IMG/VR virus record: IMGVR_UViG_2718218168_000006 | Origin: a virus | Lineage: Duplodnaviria > Heunggongvirae > Uroviricota > Caudoviricetes | Reading direction: 5' to 3' (one strand) | Length of the DNA: 40,618 bases | In this document: positions 1 to 10,663 of the stretch, in pieces | Numbering within the stretch: position 1 is the stretch's first letter | Layout: every line of letters begins with the position of its first letter | The notes under the pieces: generated by a model | The model's database searches: none | The model's input: the letters and a program-made list of their open reading frames with translations, nothing else | Told to the model about the DNA's origin: nothing | Made by a program: the position numbers and the translations under genes

Positions 1-582
1 TTACCCTATAGGTGCTACTGGCCATTCAATATCCGGTGCAGTTGATGTATCAACACGGTTCAGCAACACCCGATACTTTTTCCAGGCTTCCAGCAACAAG
101 GTTTCTTCCTCCGTTGCGATTTCCAGATCTACAGCATCCTGAAGTGGCGCAATATGCTCACTGGCTACCTGCATCAGGCTGTTTTTTGTTTCTTCCGCCT
201 CCCGGATCCGGAACAGTTTTTCTGCTTCCGTATCCTTCACCCAGGCTGTGCCGTTCCACTTCTGATATTCCCCTCCCGGCGATAACCAGGTAACATTTTC
301 CGGTAACGGACCGAGTTCAGAAATAAATAACGCGTCGCCGGAAGCCACGTCATAAACCGTTTTACCCCGATGATCTTCAACGAGATGCCACGATGCCTCA
401 TCACTGTTGAAAACAGCCACGAAGCCTGCCGGAATATCTGGCGGTGCAATATCGGTACTGTTTGCTGGCAGACCGGTATGAGGCGGAATATATGCGTCAC
501 CTTCACCAATAAATTCATTAGTTCCGGCCAGCAGATTATAAATTTTTATGGTCCGTGGTTGTTCAGTCATTCTGAATGCCAT
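1..582 (-). CDS. tfa: tail fiber assembly protein (lambda Tfa-like)
   Basis: 193 aa ORF starting [20 protein letters not shown], near-identical in pattern to lambda Tfa; its start overlaps the stf stop. Confidence 0.85.
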   Translation of the reverse strand: MAFRMTEQPRTIKIYNLLAGTNEFIGEGDAYIPPHTGLPANSTDIAPPDIPAGFVAVFNSDEASWHLVEDHRGKTVYDVASGDALFISELGPLPENVTWLSPGGEYQKWNGTAWVKDTEAEKLFRIREAEETKNSLMQVASEHIAPLQDAVDLEIATEEETLLLEAWKKYRVLLNRVDTSTAPDIEWPVAPIG

Positions 583-3500
583 TATGCAAGCCTCACAATA
601 TAGTTAAATGCGATGTTTTTGACGGTGTTTTCCGCGTTACCAGCAGCGTTAACGGTGATGGTGTGTCCATGTGAACCAATCGCAACGGAGTGCGTATGAG
701 CACCAATACCGACAGTATGCGCGTGTGCACCTGCAGATGCTGCTGTGCCGGACAGTGAATGGCTATGATTACCATCTGTACTGGTATTCGCTAACCACCC
801 CGTAGACATACCTACTGAGCCTTGTACACCCCAGGTATTTTGACCTGAGCTTGTATAACCATATTGATAAGTATCTTTAAAAACACTGGGGTTAAATCGA
901 CGGCCATCTCTATGGCTGTGATTACCAGCTGCATTCGTGCTGCCACTTAAACTATGGGTATGCGCACCAGTGTTATTCGTGGATTTAGTGCCGTAATCAA
1001 ACGACGATGTGGTTTTCGTCCCCAAATCCGTACTGGATGCGCTGGCGCTGTGGGTATGCGATTTAATGCCGTCCTGTTCCTGAGACAATACGGCCCGACC
1101 ACTGGCAGGTTTGCCCTTAATCGTCCAGCCACGCATATCAGGGATCACGCCTGACGGATAAGCCGCTGCAAGTTTCGGGTATGCAGATTTGTCAAAAGCC
1201 TGCCCCTGCATCAGGGCATAGCCAGACGGAACGGTATCTGATGGCCACGGGATTGGTGCGCCAGGCGGATAAAACTGCTCTGATGGCGTATAGAGTGAAT
1301 AAACTGTACCGTCCGTTAACCCTTCCGGCTTATTAGCAGAATATGCTGGTGACGTATGAATCGTCACGCTGGCATTACTGGTATAATCCCATTGAATATT
1401 TACACCAGTCGCATAATTTCCGATTGCAACGTAAATATCGTAAGTATCACCAGATGTATTAACCCAGGCAAAATTTGTAAACCCTGCCGATGTGCGCTGC
1501 CATAAAGCACCAGTAATCCCCTTCGGATTACCATTACCTGCACGCAAAACAAGTTCAGATATACCTGCCTGTTGAGGTGAACCGACGTTATATCCAGCCC
1601 CACCAATCAACGTAATTGAAACAACAGAACTCGCCTGCGGCATGGTTACCGTTGCCAGCTTGAACCATCCAGCACCACCAATAAAAGACATTGTTGTGGA
1701 GTTGATCGTGCCTATAGACCGTGGGTTAAGTTCAATATCTTTAGAACCATCAAACGAGACGCCGTTGATAGTACATGCTGTCTGCAACTTGGTCGCTGTC
1801 GCTGCATTACCGGTAGTGTCTTGATTACCTTTTGTATTCACACCAGGCAAATCTATATCGGCTGAACCATCAAAGGATACACCACCTATGTTTATTGAAC
1901 TTGCTAATTTCGTTGCTGTTGCTGCATTTCCTGAAAGGCTTGAAACAAACTGATGTGAGCAATAATAACCACGTCCATTTTTAAAATCCAGAATGGTTTG
2001 AGTATTTGTACTTTCTGCTACTGGATCTGTGGCCCCCCACTTATAAGTGGTTTGACCAACTGCATAATCAGCCGTTGGAACAATTACGTTCAAGCCCTCC
2101 TCAGCAAATATATTGATAGGGAATGCTCTGGCTTCAACGTAAAATACACTACACAAATCGTCATCTTTCACACTTGAAATAATCGAGTGTATAGCTCGCT
2201 CAGCAGTAGAATATATTGAGAAAAAACCAGCCGCATATGAACCGCGATCAGACCAACCGCCAGGCATAACAAACCCATTAAATTCACAATTATTCATGGC
2301 GTATCCGCCAGCTGAGGAATAAGTAGTTATCACAACTCGTGAGGCTAATTCATCGGTACTGCCTCCAGATCGGCGAAAGACTATAGGATACCACTTACCG
2401 CTTACTGCATTTGCAGGAGCAGAGAAAGTGTATTTTCGCATCCCCTTTTTCTGATCCACTTCACCTTTGCTGTAAACATTAATGTTACTCAGGAAGCGGT
2501 CCTTGTCGGGAATATCAGCACCGTTCTGGTCTTTCTGCAGACGTTTCTCTGCATTGTCATAGGCTGCTTTTACTGCCTTTGGCGTTGCCGCCAGTGACTC
2601 GGAAGTGCTGTTGGTCGCACTGCTGAGCTGTACTATCCCCTTTTTCGTCGTGCTCGCATCCTCAAGCGCCACGGCGGATGCAATATCCTCTGCCCGTTTT
2701 GCTGCTGTCTCGGCGCGCGTTGCCGCGGATTCTGCTGTACTTTTGCTCTGTGCTGCCGCCGTCGCACTGCCAGCTGCCTCTGTCGCTTTCGTGGATGCCG
2801 TCGTGGCGCTGCCCTTCGCTGCTGACGCCTGTCTGGTCGCCTCATCTTTTGAAGCAGACGCAGATGAGGCCGATGACGCCGCCGAACTGGCGGACGATGC
2901 GGCAGCCGTTTTTGAGGATTCTGCGCTGGTTTCCGACGCTTTCGCGTTCGTTTCGGATGTCTTCGCTGCGGAAGCAGACCTCGCTGCTGCGCTGGCCTGT
3001 TCAGTGGCTTCGCCAGCCTTCGTTGTGGCTGTTGAAGCAGACGATGCTGCGCTTTCTGCCGATTTTCCGGCGGCGGTGGCACTGGCTGAGGCCTGCCCGG
3101 CACTTGTTGACGCAGCACTGGCAGACGACGCAGCCGCTGTTTTTGAACCTGCCGCAGCTGAGGCGCTCTGTCCCGCTGCTGTTTCAGAAGACTTAGCGTT
3201 CGTCTCGGACGTTTTTGCCGCCTTCGCGGAATTTCCTGCCGCTGTTGCCGAGGAAGCTGCGCTACTGGCGCTCGAGGATGCGTTCGTTTCTGATGATTTT
3301 GCCGCCTCTTTTGAAGCCGCCGCATCCCGGGCTGAGGTGGCAGCTTCTGACGCTTTCGTAGTCGCGGTGGATGCAGAAGTGGCTGCTGATTGTTGTGACG
3401 CTGCAGCATTCGTTTCTGACGTTTTCGCGGCACTGGCACTGGTAGCTGCCGCGCTTTTTGAGGACTCTGCAGCGGCAGCACTTTTTGATGCTTCAGTGGC

Positions 3501-4037
3501 CTTTGTTGATGCCGTTCCTGCGCTGGAAGTCGCTGACTGAGCCGACGACGCGGCCTGTCCGGCTGACGTGCTGGCTGCGCGTGCTGAGCCTGCAGCATCA
3601 GTCGCATGGGTTGCCGCCTCACGGGCTGATGTGCTGGCATCACTGGCTGACTTCTTCGCGGCTGCCGTGTTCTGTGCCACCACGGACGCGTTACGCGCCA
3701 CCTCTTCCACCATCAGCTCAAAACGGCGCAGTGCCTCCGGACGGGCATCATCCTCCGTCATGGCACCGAGAAAATCATTCAGCGTACCGGGTCGGGAATC
3801 TTCATACACTGTGATGGTCCCGGCATGTGACGGCGGGAATCCTTCCACCAACAGAATAACGCTGTACTGACCGTACTCAACGTCCATACTGTAACGCCCG
3901 GCTTCATCCGGATTTTCAGATGCCAGCGTGTTCACCACCACCGTGGTACTGTTACGTTTTGCTTTCAGCTGGATTGTGCAGTTCTGTACCGGTTTTCCTG
4001 TGCCGTCTTTCAGTACACCTGAAATCTTTACTGCCAT
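582..4037 (-). CDS. stf: side tail fiber protein (lambda Stf-like) with long Ala/Ser/Thr-rich central region and His-rich C-terminal domain
   Basis: 1153 aa ORF; N-terminus [26 protein letters not shown] matches lambda Stf (ATG is 2 codons inside the track ORF); C-terminal [20 protein letters not shown] motifs. Confidence 0.85.
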   Translation of the reverse strand: MAVKISGVLKDGTGKPVQNCTIQLKAKRNSTTVVVNTLASENPDEAGRYSMDVEYGQYSVILLVEGFPPSHAGTITVYEDSRPGTLNDFLGAMTEDDARPEALRRFELMVEEVARNASVVAQNTAAAKKSASDASTSAREAATHATDAAGSARAASTSAGQAASSAQSATSSAGTASTKATEASKSAAAAESSKSAAATSASAAKTSETNAAASQQSAATSASTATTKASEAATSARDAAASKEAAKSSETNASSSASSAASSATAAGNSAKAAKTSETNAKSSETAAGQSASAAAGSKTAAASSASAASTSAGQASASATAAGKSAESAASSASTATTKAGEATEQASAAARSASAAKTSETNAKASETSAESSKTAAASSASSAASSASSASASKDEATRQASAAKGSATTASTKATEAAGSATAAAQSKSTAESAATRAETAAKRAEDIASAVALEDASTTKKGIVQLSSATNSTSESLAATPKAVKAAYDNAEKRLQKDQNGADIPDKDRFLSNINVYSKGEVDQKKGMRKYTFSAPANAVSGKWYPIVFRRSGGSTDELASRVVITTYSSAGGYAMNNCEFNGFVMPGGWSDRGSYAAGFFSIYSTAERAIHSIISSVKDDDLCSVFYVEARAFPINIFAEEGLNVIVPTADYAVGQTTYKWGATDPVAESTNTQTILDFKNGRGYYCSHQFVSSLSGNAATATKLASSINIGGVSFDGSADIDLPGVNTKGNQDTTGNAATATKLQTACTINGVSFDGSKDIELNPRSIGTINSTTMSFIGGAGWFKLATVTMPQASSVVSITLIGGAGYNVGSPQQAGISELVLRAGNGNPKGITGALWQRTSAGFTNFAWVNTSGDTYDIYVAIGNYATGVNIQWDYTSNASVTIHTSPAYSANKPEGLTDGTVYSLYTPSEQFYPPGAPIPWPSDTVPSGYALMQGQAFDKSAYPKLAAAYPSGVIPDMRGWTIKGKPASGRAVLSQEQDGIKSHTHSASASSTDLGTKTTSSFDYGTKSTNNTGAHTHSLSGSTNAAGNHSHRDGRRFNPSVFKDTYQYGYTSSGQNTWGVQGSVGMSTGWLANTSTDGNHSHSLSGTAASAGAHAHTVGIGAHTHSVAIGSHGHTITVNAAGNAENTVKNIAFNYIVRLA

Positions 4038-4047
4038 ATTCACCCCA

Positions 4048-4075
4048 CAAAAAAGCCCGCCTGAACCGGCGGGCT
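4048..4075 (-). terminator. putative intrinsic terminator downstream of lom
   Basis: GC-rich inverted repeat gcccgcc/ggcgggc followed on the minus strand by a T-run, between lom stop and stf start. Confidence 0.45.
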
Positions 4076-4101
4076 GTCATAACACTGTGTTACCTGGCTA
4101 A

Positions 4102-4701
4102 TCAGAATTTATAACCAACACCCACGATGAACCCGTCAGTGCGCCAGTCACCACTGCCGGAGCCTTCATAAGCAATATCAATGGCCACGGATTCGGTCGG
4201 GTTAAACTGCACGCCAGCCCCCCACGCCAGAGACGTGTTGCTGTGGCGACCGTCATCACTTCCGGTCAGCACATCGTGCGTTTTCCCCGTATTGTCGGTC
4301 ACCTGCAGATAATCCCCGGAGAAAGTCGACACACGGCTGTAAGCCACACCCGCCATCGCATACGCGCTGAACCATTCATTCACGCGCACAGACGGCCCCG
4401 CCATCACGCTGAACCAGCGGTTACGCACGGAATCTTCATGCCAGCGGGTATCGCTGTAATGCGTTTTTTGCTCATCTTCAGCGTTGGCATAACTGAATGA
4501 CGTAATCAGCCCCAGCGTGTCCGTAAACTCATAACGGTATTTCACGTTAATCCCGTTCAGATTATCGCTGCCGGGAGCGTTCGTACGGGCATGAAGATAC
4601 CCTGCGCTCAGTGTGGCCTGCTGCTCAGACGCCCATGCAGGCGCACCGGATACGGCCAGACAGATGGCTGCGGACAAAATGGCTGCACAAACTTTACGCA
4701 T
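4102..4701 (-). CDS. lom: outer membrane protein Lom (Ail/Lom family)
   Basis: 199 aa ORF with signal peptide [24 protein letters not shown] and beta-barrel-like C-terminus ending GYKF; lambda position between J and stf. Confidence 0.85.
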   Translation of the reverse strand: MRKVCAAILSAAICLAVSGAPAWASEQQATLSAGYLHARTNAPGSDNLNGINVKYRYEFTDTLGLITSFSYANAEDEQKTHYSDTRWHEDSVRNRWFSVMAGPSVRVNEWFSAYAMAGVAYSRVSTFSGDYLQVTDNTGKTHDVLTGSDDGRHSNTSLAWGAGVQFNPTESVAIDIAYEGSGSGDWRTDGFIVGVGYKF

Positions 4702-4723
4702 AATTACCTCTCGCTTTTCTGCA

Positions 4724-4749
4724 ATAAAAAAGGCGCCATTTCTGGCGCC
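4724..4749 (-). terminator. putative intrinsic terminator between J and lom
   Basis: ggcgcc-atttct-ggcgcc hairpin followed on the minus strand by a T-run. Confidence 0.45.
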
Positions 4750-4768
4750 CGTATATGGGTTATAAAAT

Positions 4769-7700
4769 TCAGCTGATACTGATGCCTGCGGTGGCTTTCT
4801 TCATCACCACAACCAGCAAATCGCTGATACTTGCTGTGGGATACCAGTCATTTACCAGCCATGCTGACACCGAAAACTCCAGCGTCATGTGACCGTGACC
4901 GGCAGGCATATCAATAACGCCACTGTAAATCAGCGTATTATCCAGCGCGGTACGGTTATAAATTTCAGCACCGTTTTTCCGCACTATCAGACGGCATGAG
5001 GAGTAAATATCAGTATGCTCTCTCTCATGTTTAGCGCCGCTGAATGCCACCGCCGGAATAACAATCTGCCGGTCAAACGGCTGATCGTCATAAATCCTGA
5101 CGGTAATGGTCCCTGATGGCCACCGCTCCGGTGCCCGGGAGTCCCGCGGGAAAGCCTTACCCACTGTTTTGACAATATCGCCTTCAATCTGATTGGCTGA
5201 CAGTTTCCCCTTAATCTGACAGTTCTCATTAATCGTGACGTTGTTGAGCGTCCCGGAGTTCGCATTCACACTGCCACTGATATCCGCATTTTTAGCAGTC
5301 AGCTTTCCGTCCGGTGTCAGGGAAAATGCCGGTGGATTTCCACCGCTGGTAATGGTGGGGGCCGTCAGATACTTCAGGAACACGTCGTTCATGAATATCT
5401 GATCGCCCTGACCAACAAACATCGGTTTTGTGTTGCCATTCGCAGGATTAACCATCGCAATCCTGTCCGCCGCCAGCAGCACCTGACTCTGCATGCCGTC
5501 AGGGGTGTTCTCAATACCGGCACCAATACCCGCGATATAAAGGCGTCCGTCCTGCATCTGCTGCAGCTTCACAGCCCACATGCTGTTCAGGTTATTATTT
5601 GTATCAACCTGAACCTTCTGTATCTGCTGAATTGCCGCACTCTGGTCTTCCAGTTTCTTATTGACGGTCTGCGTGATTTCATTGCTGACATCCGTAATGG
5701 ACGTCCTGATTTCAGCCAGGTCAGGCGCAAGCTGACCGTTATCAATCTGCGTCCACAGCTCCTGAGCCAGATGGGTTTTCCCTATCTCGCCTTTGAAAAA
5801 ATCCAGATAGCCGGATGCATCATCACTCGGCTGACCAACAGCCTCCACGAATGCCGATTTGCCAACGGTGTTCACACTGCGAACGTAAAAATAATAATCA
5901 TGGCCCGGCCTGATATTGATACTGGCGGCTATCCAGTACAGCGCCGTGCCAAGATAGCGTGCTGTGGTTTCAACCTGCCTGATATCCGCAATCCGCTTTT
6001 CCGAGAACCAGAACTCAAACTGTACCGTCGGATCATAAACCGCAAGATGCGGCGTGGCGGTTATCTGAAAATAGCCCGGTGTCAGCTCAATCCGAGACGG
6101 CGCTGCCGGTGCGGCAATCCGGAACGATACCGATGCCGGATCGCCCTGCTGTCCCCACGCATTTACCGCCCGGACTGTCAGCCTGTAGTTCCCCAACGCC
6201 AGTTGTGTGAAGCGGTATGTGGTTTCCGTCGTCCTGGCTGTGCTGACCAGCCGCTCACTGCCGTCATCCGCTGTCACGGTCAGACGGAGCAGGAAGCTCA
6301 CGCCCTTCACCACCTTCGGTGTGTCCCAGCGCGCCAGCACCTGATATTCCCCGCTGTCTGCAGTGACTTCGGCGGTCAGATGCTGCACTGCTGGCGGCGT
6401 GACACCATTCACCGTGCCGCTCTGGTCACCGTCAAAGTGCGCCCCGTTATCCACGATGGCCTCTTTTTCCGGCACATGCTGCACGGCAGTGATGGCATAC
6501 GTGCCGTCATCGTTCTCACGGATACTCACACAGCGGAACAGGCGCTGACGCAGCGTCGGCAACTTCAGCCCCCACACGCTGTATCCGGCAACGCCGTCAG
6601 GAACACGGCTCACTTTTACCTTCACGCCGTCGGTGACGGACTGAACCTCCACGCTGACCGGATTGCCACTTCCGTCAACCAGGCTTATCAGCGTGGTACC
6701 GGAGGATGGTAGCGTGATTTCACGGTCGAGCGTCAGCGTCCGGGTCTGGCTGTTTACCGCCAGCACGCGCCCGCCGATGCTGATACCGGCATAGTCATCA
6801 TCACAGATTTCAATAACATCGCCCGGCACATGGCGAAGCCCTTCTGCGCCCACGCTGAAGTCCACGGTCTGCGTTTCCAGCAGCTCTGTTTTAATCAGCC
6901 ACAGCCCGGCGCGGTGTGCCTGCCCCCGGCTGGTACAGCCAAAAGCATCCATCTTCGTGACGTTACGACCGTAACGGGCAATAGCCTGCGTATCCTCCAC
7001 AAGCTCTGTCGCCGTCTCCCAGCCGTTGTTCGGGTCAATCCAGTTCACCTCAACGGCATTATGGCGGTCTTTCAGGGCGCTGAAGCTGTAGCGGAACGGC
7101 GCGCCATCATCCGGCATCACCACATTACTGCGGTTATAGGTCCACACCTTATCCGACGGTCGGTCCTGCACGAACGTCAGCGTCTGCCCGTTCCATACCG
7201 GCATACAGCGCATCGCCGAACAGAAATCACTGAGCACATCCCACGCCTTGCGCTGTGTGGTCAGGTACGCATTACAGGTGATGCGCGGCTCCGTGCCACC
7301 AAAGCCGTCCGGCACTGACTGGTCGCAGTACTGGCCGATGACATACAGCGCCCATTTATCCACATCCGCCGCACCAAGACGTTTCCCCATGCCATAGCGC
7401 GGGTGGGTCAGCATATCCCACAGACACCAGGCCATGTTGTTGCTGTATGCCGGTTTTAACGTTCCGTCCCAGATACCGCTGTATTGTCGCGTCTGCGGGT
7501 TATAGTTCGACGGCACCTGCAGAATGCGCCCGCGAAGATGATAATTACGACTCACCTGCTGGCTGCCGAACTGCTCCGAGTCCACCTGTACGCCGACCAG
7601 TGCCGTGTTCGGGTAGCACTGTTTCACATCGATGATTTCTGTGTATGACGACCAGAGCGTTTTGTTCTGCAGCTGGTCTGTAGTGCTGTCCGGTGTCATC

Positions 7701-8248
7701 CTGCGCATCCGGATATTGAACGGGCGCGGAGGCAGGTTATCCACCATCACCGAGGCCAGATACTGCGAGGTGGTTTTGCCCTTAATGGTGATGTCTTTTT
7801 CCGTCACCCAGCCACCGTTACGCTGTATCTGAACCAGCAGGCGGACTTCCGACGGATTCCTGTCACCCTTTGAGGTGGTTTCCACCAGTGCCTGTACACC
7901 GAAGGTAAAGCGCAGACGGTCGATGTTTGCCGACGTAATGGTACGGGTGATCGGCGTGTCATATTTCACTTCCGTACCCAGCACCGTCTCGGAGCCGGAG
8001 GATTCAAACCCCTCCGGCGGAGTCTGCTCCTGCTCACCTGCCCGGAACACCACCGTGACGCCGGATATATTGGTATTCCCCTCACTGTCCAGCACCGGCG
8101 TACTGTTCAGCAGCACGCTTTTTAATCCATCCACCGGACCTTCAATCGGCCCTTCGCTGATGGCATCAATCACACTCAGCAGCTGCGTGGATTTCAGGTT
8201 GTCCTTCGCTTCGCGCGGGGTATGCCCCTTACTGCTGCCTTTACCCAT
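4769..8248 (-). CDS. J: host specificity / tip attachment protein J
   Basis: 1159 aa ORF with lambda J-like N-terminus ([26 protein letters not shown]) in the lambda tail gene order; GGAG RBS upstream. Confidence 0.9.
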   Translation of the reverse strand: MGKGSSKGHTPREAKDNLKSTQLLSVIDAISEGPIEGPVDGLKSVLLNSTPVLDSEGNTNISGVTVVFRAGEQEQTPPEGFESSGSETVLGTEVKYDTPITRTITSANIDRLRFTFGVQALVETTSKGDRNPSEVRLLVQIQRNGGWVTEKDITIKGKTTSQYLASVMVDNLPPRPFNIRMRRMTPDSTTDQLQNKTLWSSYTEIIDVKQCYPNTALVGVQVDSEQFGSQQVSRNYHLRGRILQVPSNYNPQTRQYSGIWDGTLKPAYSNNMAWCLWDMLTHPRYGMGKRLGAADVDKWALYVIGQYCDQSVPDGFGGTEPRITCNAYLTTQRKAWDVLSDFCSAMRCMPVWNGQTLTFVQDRPSDKVWTYNRSNVVMPDDGAPFRYSFSALKDRHNAVEVNWIDPNNGWETATELVEDTQAIARYGRNVTKMDAFGCTSRGQAHRAGLWLIKTELLETQTVDFSVGAEGLRHVPGDVIEICDDDYAGISIGGRVLAVNSQTRTLTLDREITLPSSGTTLISLVDGSGNPVSVEVQSVTDGVKVKVSRVPDGVAGYSVWGLKLPTLRQRLFRCVSIRENDDGTYAITAVQHVPEKEAIVDNGAHFDGDQSGTVNGVTPPAVQHLTAEVTADSGEYQVLARWDTPKVVKGVSFLLRLTVTADDGSERLVSTARTTETTYRFTQLALGNYRLTVRAVNAWGQQGDPASVSFRIAAPAAPSRIELTPGYFQITATPHLAVYDPTVQFEFWFSEKRIADIRQVETTARYLGTALYWIAASINIRPGHDYYFYVRSVNTVGKSAFVEAVGQPSDDASGYLDFFKGEIGKTHLAQELWTQIDNGQLAPDLAEIRTSITDVSNEITQTVNKKLEDQSAAIQQIQKVQVDTNNNLNSMWAVKLQQMQDGRLYIAGIGAGIENTPDGMQSQVLLAADRIAMVNPANGNTKPMFVGQGDQIFMNDVFLKYLTAPTITSGGNPPAFSLTPDGKLTAKNADISGSVNANSGTLNNVTINENCQIKGKLSANQIEGDIVKTVGKAFPRDSRAPERWPSGTITVRIYDDQPFDRQIVIPAVAFSGAKHEREHTDIYSSCRLIVRKNGAEIYNRTALDNTLIYSGVIDMPAGHGHMTLEFSVSAWLVNDWYPTASISDLLVVVMKKATAGISIS

Positions 8249-8308
8249 TCGTCATGCTCCATAAACGATAAAACCGCCCGGAGGCGGTTTCACATAAAAT
8301 ATTTTGCA

Positions 8309-8979
8309 TCAGCGACCAATCACCACAACCTGACCACCGTCCCCTTCGTCTGCCGTGCTGATCTCCTGAGAAACCACGCGTGACCCCACGCGCATTTCAC
8401 CGTACAGAACAGGCAAAACATTGCCCTGAGCAACCATGTTATCCAGTGAGGAGAAATAGGTGTTCTGTTTGCCGTTATCCGTTGTCTGTGTACGGGGAGT
8501 TCTGGCTTTCGGTGCCAGCATCTGCGCCACACCACCGAGCACCATACTGGCACCGAGAGAAAACAGGATGCCGGTCATACCACCGGCCCCAATGGCTGCC
8601 CCCATGCTGCAAGGGTGGCTCCGGCAGTAAAGAATGATCCGGCAATGGCGGCAGCTCCCAGGACAATCTGGAATACGCCACCTGACTTGGCCCCGGCGAC
8701 TCTGGGAACAATATGAATCACAGCGCCATCAGGCAGAGTCTCATGTAACTGCGCCGTTAACCCGGACGTGCTGACGTCCCGCCCGGCAATCCGTACCTGA
8801 TACCAGCCGTCGCACAGTTTCTGACGAAACGCCGGGAGCTGTGTGGCCAGTGCCCGGATGGCTTCAGCCCCCGTTTTCACACGAAGGTCGATGCGGCGGC
8901 CAAATCGTTGTAAATCCCCGTAAAGGCAGATGCGCGCCATGCCCGGTGACGCCAGAGGGAGTGTGTGCGTCGCTGCCAT
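8309..8979 (-). pseudogene. I: tail assembly protein I, interrupted by a single-base frameshift (or sequencing error)
   Basis: Two overlapping track ORFs (8575..8979 N-terminal part MAATHTLPLASPGMARICLYGD; 8309..8605 C-terminal part ..VLPVLYGEMRVGSRVVSQE..VVVIGR) together reconstitute lambda I; join lies at a C-run near 8599-8603. Confidence 0.8.
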
Positions 8980-9578
8980 TTGTCGGTATACCTCTCTCGT
9001 TTGCTCAGTTGTTCAGGAATATGGTGCAGCAGCTCGCCGTCACCGCAGTAAATAGCGGCATGATTCGGCACCGATGAACCAAAGCAGCACAGCAGCACAT
9101 CGCCCGGCTGCGCCTCTGTCAGTGCGACACGGTAAAAACCAGTCGCCTCCATATTGTCAAGATAGAGATTCTGACCGTTACGCCACCAGTCATCCCCGCG
9201 ATGAAAATCCGGCATCTCAATCCCAGCCAGATGATAAGCATCCCGGAACAGCGTGTAACAGTCCGTCGCCCCGTGCTCAAAGCGCCGCCCGGTGAGATGC
9301 GGCACACAGCGGAACTTATGAATCACTCCCCGGCAGACCAGCCACCACGGCAAATCACTCTGCACCTGCAGCCGCCGGTCGGCCTCACTCAGCCAGGGCA
9401 GACCACCGGGGTGACTGTGGACCAGCGCCACAATCTCACCCTGCATTTTGGCCTGCAGCCAGTCCTCCGGAGCCATCCGGAAATAATCCTCCGGCTCACC
9501 GGAAATATTCACGCAGGGAAAATATCTTTCCCCTCCGGCGTGCTTACCACGAAGCCGCACGACTCCGCTGGCGCACAT
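8877..9578 (-). CDS. K: tail assembly protein K (MPN/JAMM + NlpC/P60)
   Basis: ORF with HSHP motif and lambda K-like sequence; overlaps I by about 103 nt as in lambda; the lambda-equivalent 199 aa start would be at about 9476. Confidence 0.8.
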   Translation of the reverse strand: MCASGVVRLRGKHAGGERYFPCVNISGEPEDYFRMAPEDWLQAKMQGEIVALVHSHPGGLPWLSEADRRLQVQSDLPWWLVCRGVIHKFRCVPHLTGRRFEHGATDCYTLFRDAYHLAGIEMPDFHRGDDWWRNGQNLYLDNMEATGFYRVALTEAQPGDVLLCCFGSSVPNHAAIYCGDGELLHHIPEQLSKRERYTDKWQRRTHSLWRHRAWRASAFTGIYNDLAAASTFV

Positions 9579-9623
9579 CGCCGGGCGTGCGCCAGAATCG
9601 CTGATTCTGTCTCTGTCATGGGA

Positions 9624-10322
9624 TTACTGCGAAAGTTTGTTAATGGAAAGGAAGCCGCCAAAGTTGCCGACGTTATTGCGAAACTTACAGCCACTCAGGC
9701 ATTTGCTGCATTTATCTTTCGTGATATCGGACGTCGGCTGGTCATATTCATCCGCAACCGCCGGACCGTGATAACCGCACTCATCACCGCGATAGGTCCA
9801 GGTGCAGGTGTTGGCCAGCATGGTACGTCCCGGAAAAACAGCACCATCCGTTTCCGTCGGCGTGGACAGTACAAAAGAGGCACTCACCGCGCTCAGTTCG
9901 CTGCACTGCTCGATGCGCCAGCGGCTGATCACCTCCTGCTCTGGATCGGCTTCGCTGTTTCCGTTGACGAAGTTCACCACATCCAGAAAACGGGCGTAAA
10001 CCTTACGCCTGACCACCGTTCCGCCGACCAGACTCTGCAGGTCTTCCGCCATCCCGGTGACCATGCCGTGCAGATTAGAGACTTTCAGCGTTGGCCTTGC
10101 ACTGGCTCCTTTGCCGTTCATCTCAAATCCACTTCCCTGAATGGGATAGGCCTGATACTGCCGCCCCTGCCAGGTGACTGGTTCACCTTTTTCGTTCTGC
10201 TCATTACAGAAGAAATAACGATCTCCGCCGACCTCTGTCAGATCAATTTCCCAGAGCACGACCAGCGCGGATTGCTCCGTTTTAGTGCACTCATTGAGTG
10301 TTTCCTGCTGTATATCCTGCAT
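9624..10322 (-). CDS. L: tail tip protein L
   Basis: 232 aa ORF MQDIQQETLNECTKTEQSALVVLWEIDL.., same length and sequence pattern as lambda L. Confidence 0.9.
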   Translation of the reverse strand: MQDIQQETLNECTKTEQSALVVLWEIDLTEVGGDRYFFCNEQNEKGEPVTWQGRQYQAYPIQGSGFEMNGKGASARPTLKVSNLHGMVTGMAEDLQSLVGGTVVRRKVYARFLDVVNFVNGNSEADPEQEVISRWRIEQCSELSAVSASFVLSTPTETDGAVFPGRTMLANTCTWTYRGDECGYHGPAVADEYDQPTSDITKDKCSKCLSGCKFRNNVGNFGGFLSINKLSQ

Positions 10323-10663
10323 CAGTGAGTGACCTCTTCAAAGGTACAGTTAAAATCGGTATACATGGCATTATCCGAAATGCTCCACTCCCTGCAGACA
10401 ACCCGGACAGTCCTGTTGTGTTTTGGCGGACGCCACAAAAAAGCACGAACCCCGGCATGACGGGATAAAAAACTGTCCAGCGCGGCACGGGAATATTCAT
10501 CCGTGACACGAAATACCGGTTTAAACGTTTTCAGATCTGCATTCAGACCACCAGCCCGTCGCTGTTCATATCCGTCACCGAACTTTACCGTAATAACAGA
10601 TGGCTTTCGTGTCGTCTCCATCCCCTCGCGGGGGATCCAGTTAAAAACTTCAGACTCAGGCAC
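10322..10663 (-). CDS. M: minor tail protein M
   Basis: ORF containing FGDGYEQRRAGGLNADLKT and FLWRPP motifs; start uncertain (GTG overlapping the H stop, or ATG at METTRKP). Confidence 0.7.
   Translation of the reverse strand: MPESEVFNWIPREGMETTRKPSVITVKFGDGYEQRRAGGLNADLKTFKPVFRVTDEYSRAALDSFLSRHAGVRAFLWRPPKHNRTVRVVCREWSISDNAMYTDFNCTFEEVTH

Noticed and set aside
2605-3643. Long ORFs on the plus strand (2605..3540, 311 aa) and in an alternate minus frame (2633..3643, 336 aa)
   Set aside because: They lie entirely within the Ala/Ser-rich repeat region of stf and have extreme low-complexity composition; they are by-products of the repeat, not genes
5771-7318. Plus-strand ORFs of 313 aa and 162 aa
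   Set aside because: Antisense to the clearly conserved J gene, no RBS, Cys/Arg-rich composition typical of spurious GC-rich reverse frames
9201-10328. 375 aa plus-strand ORF
   Set aside because: Antisense to the lambda-like K and L genes; no independent support
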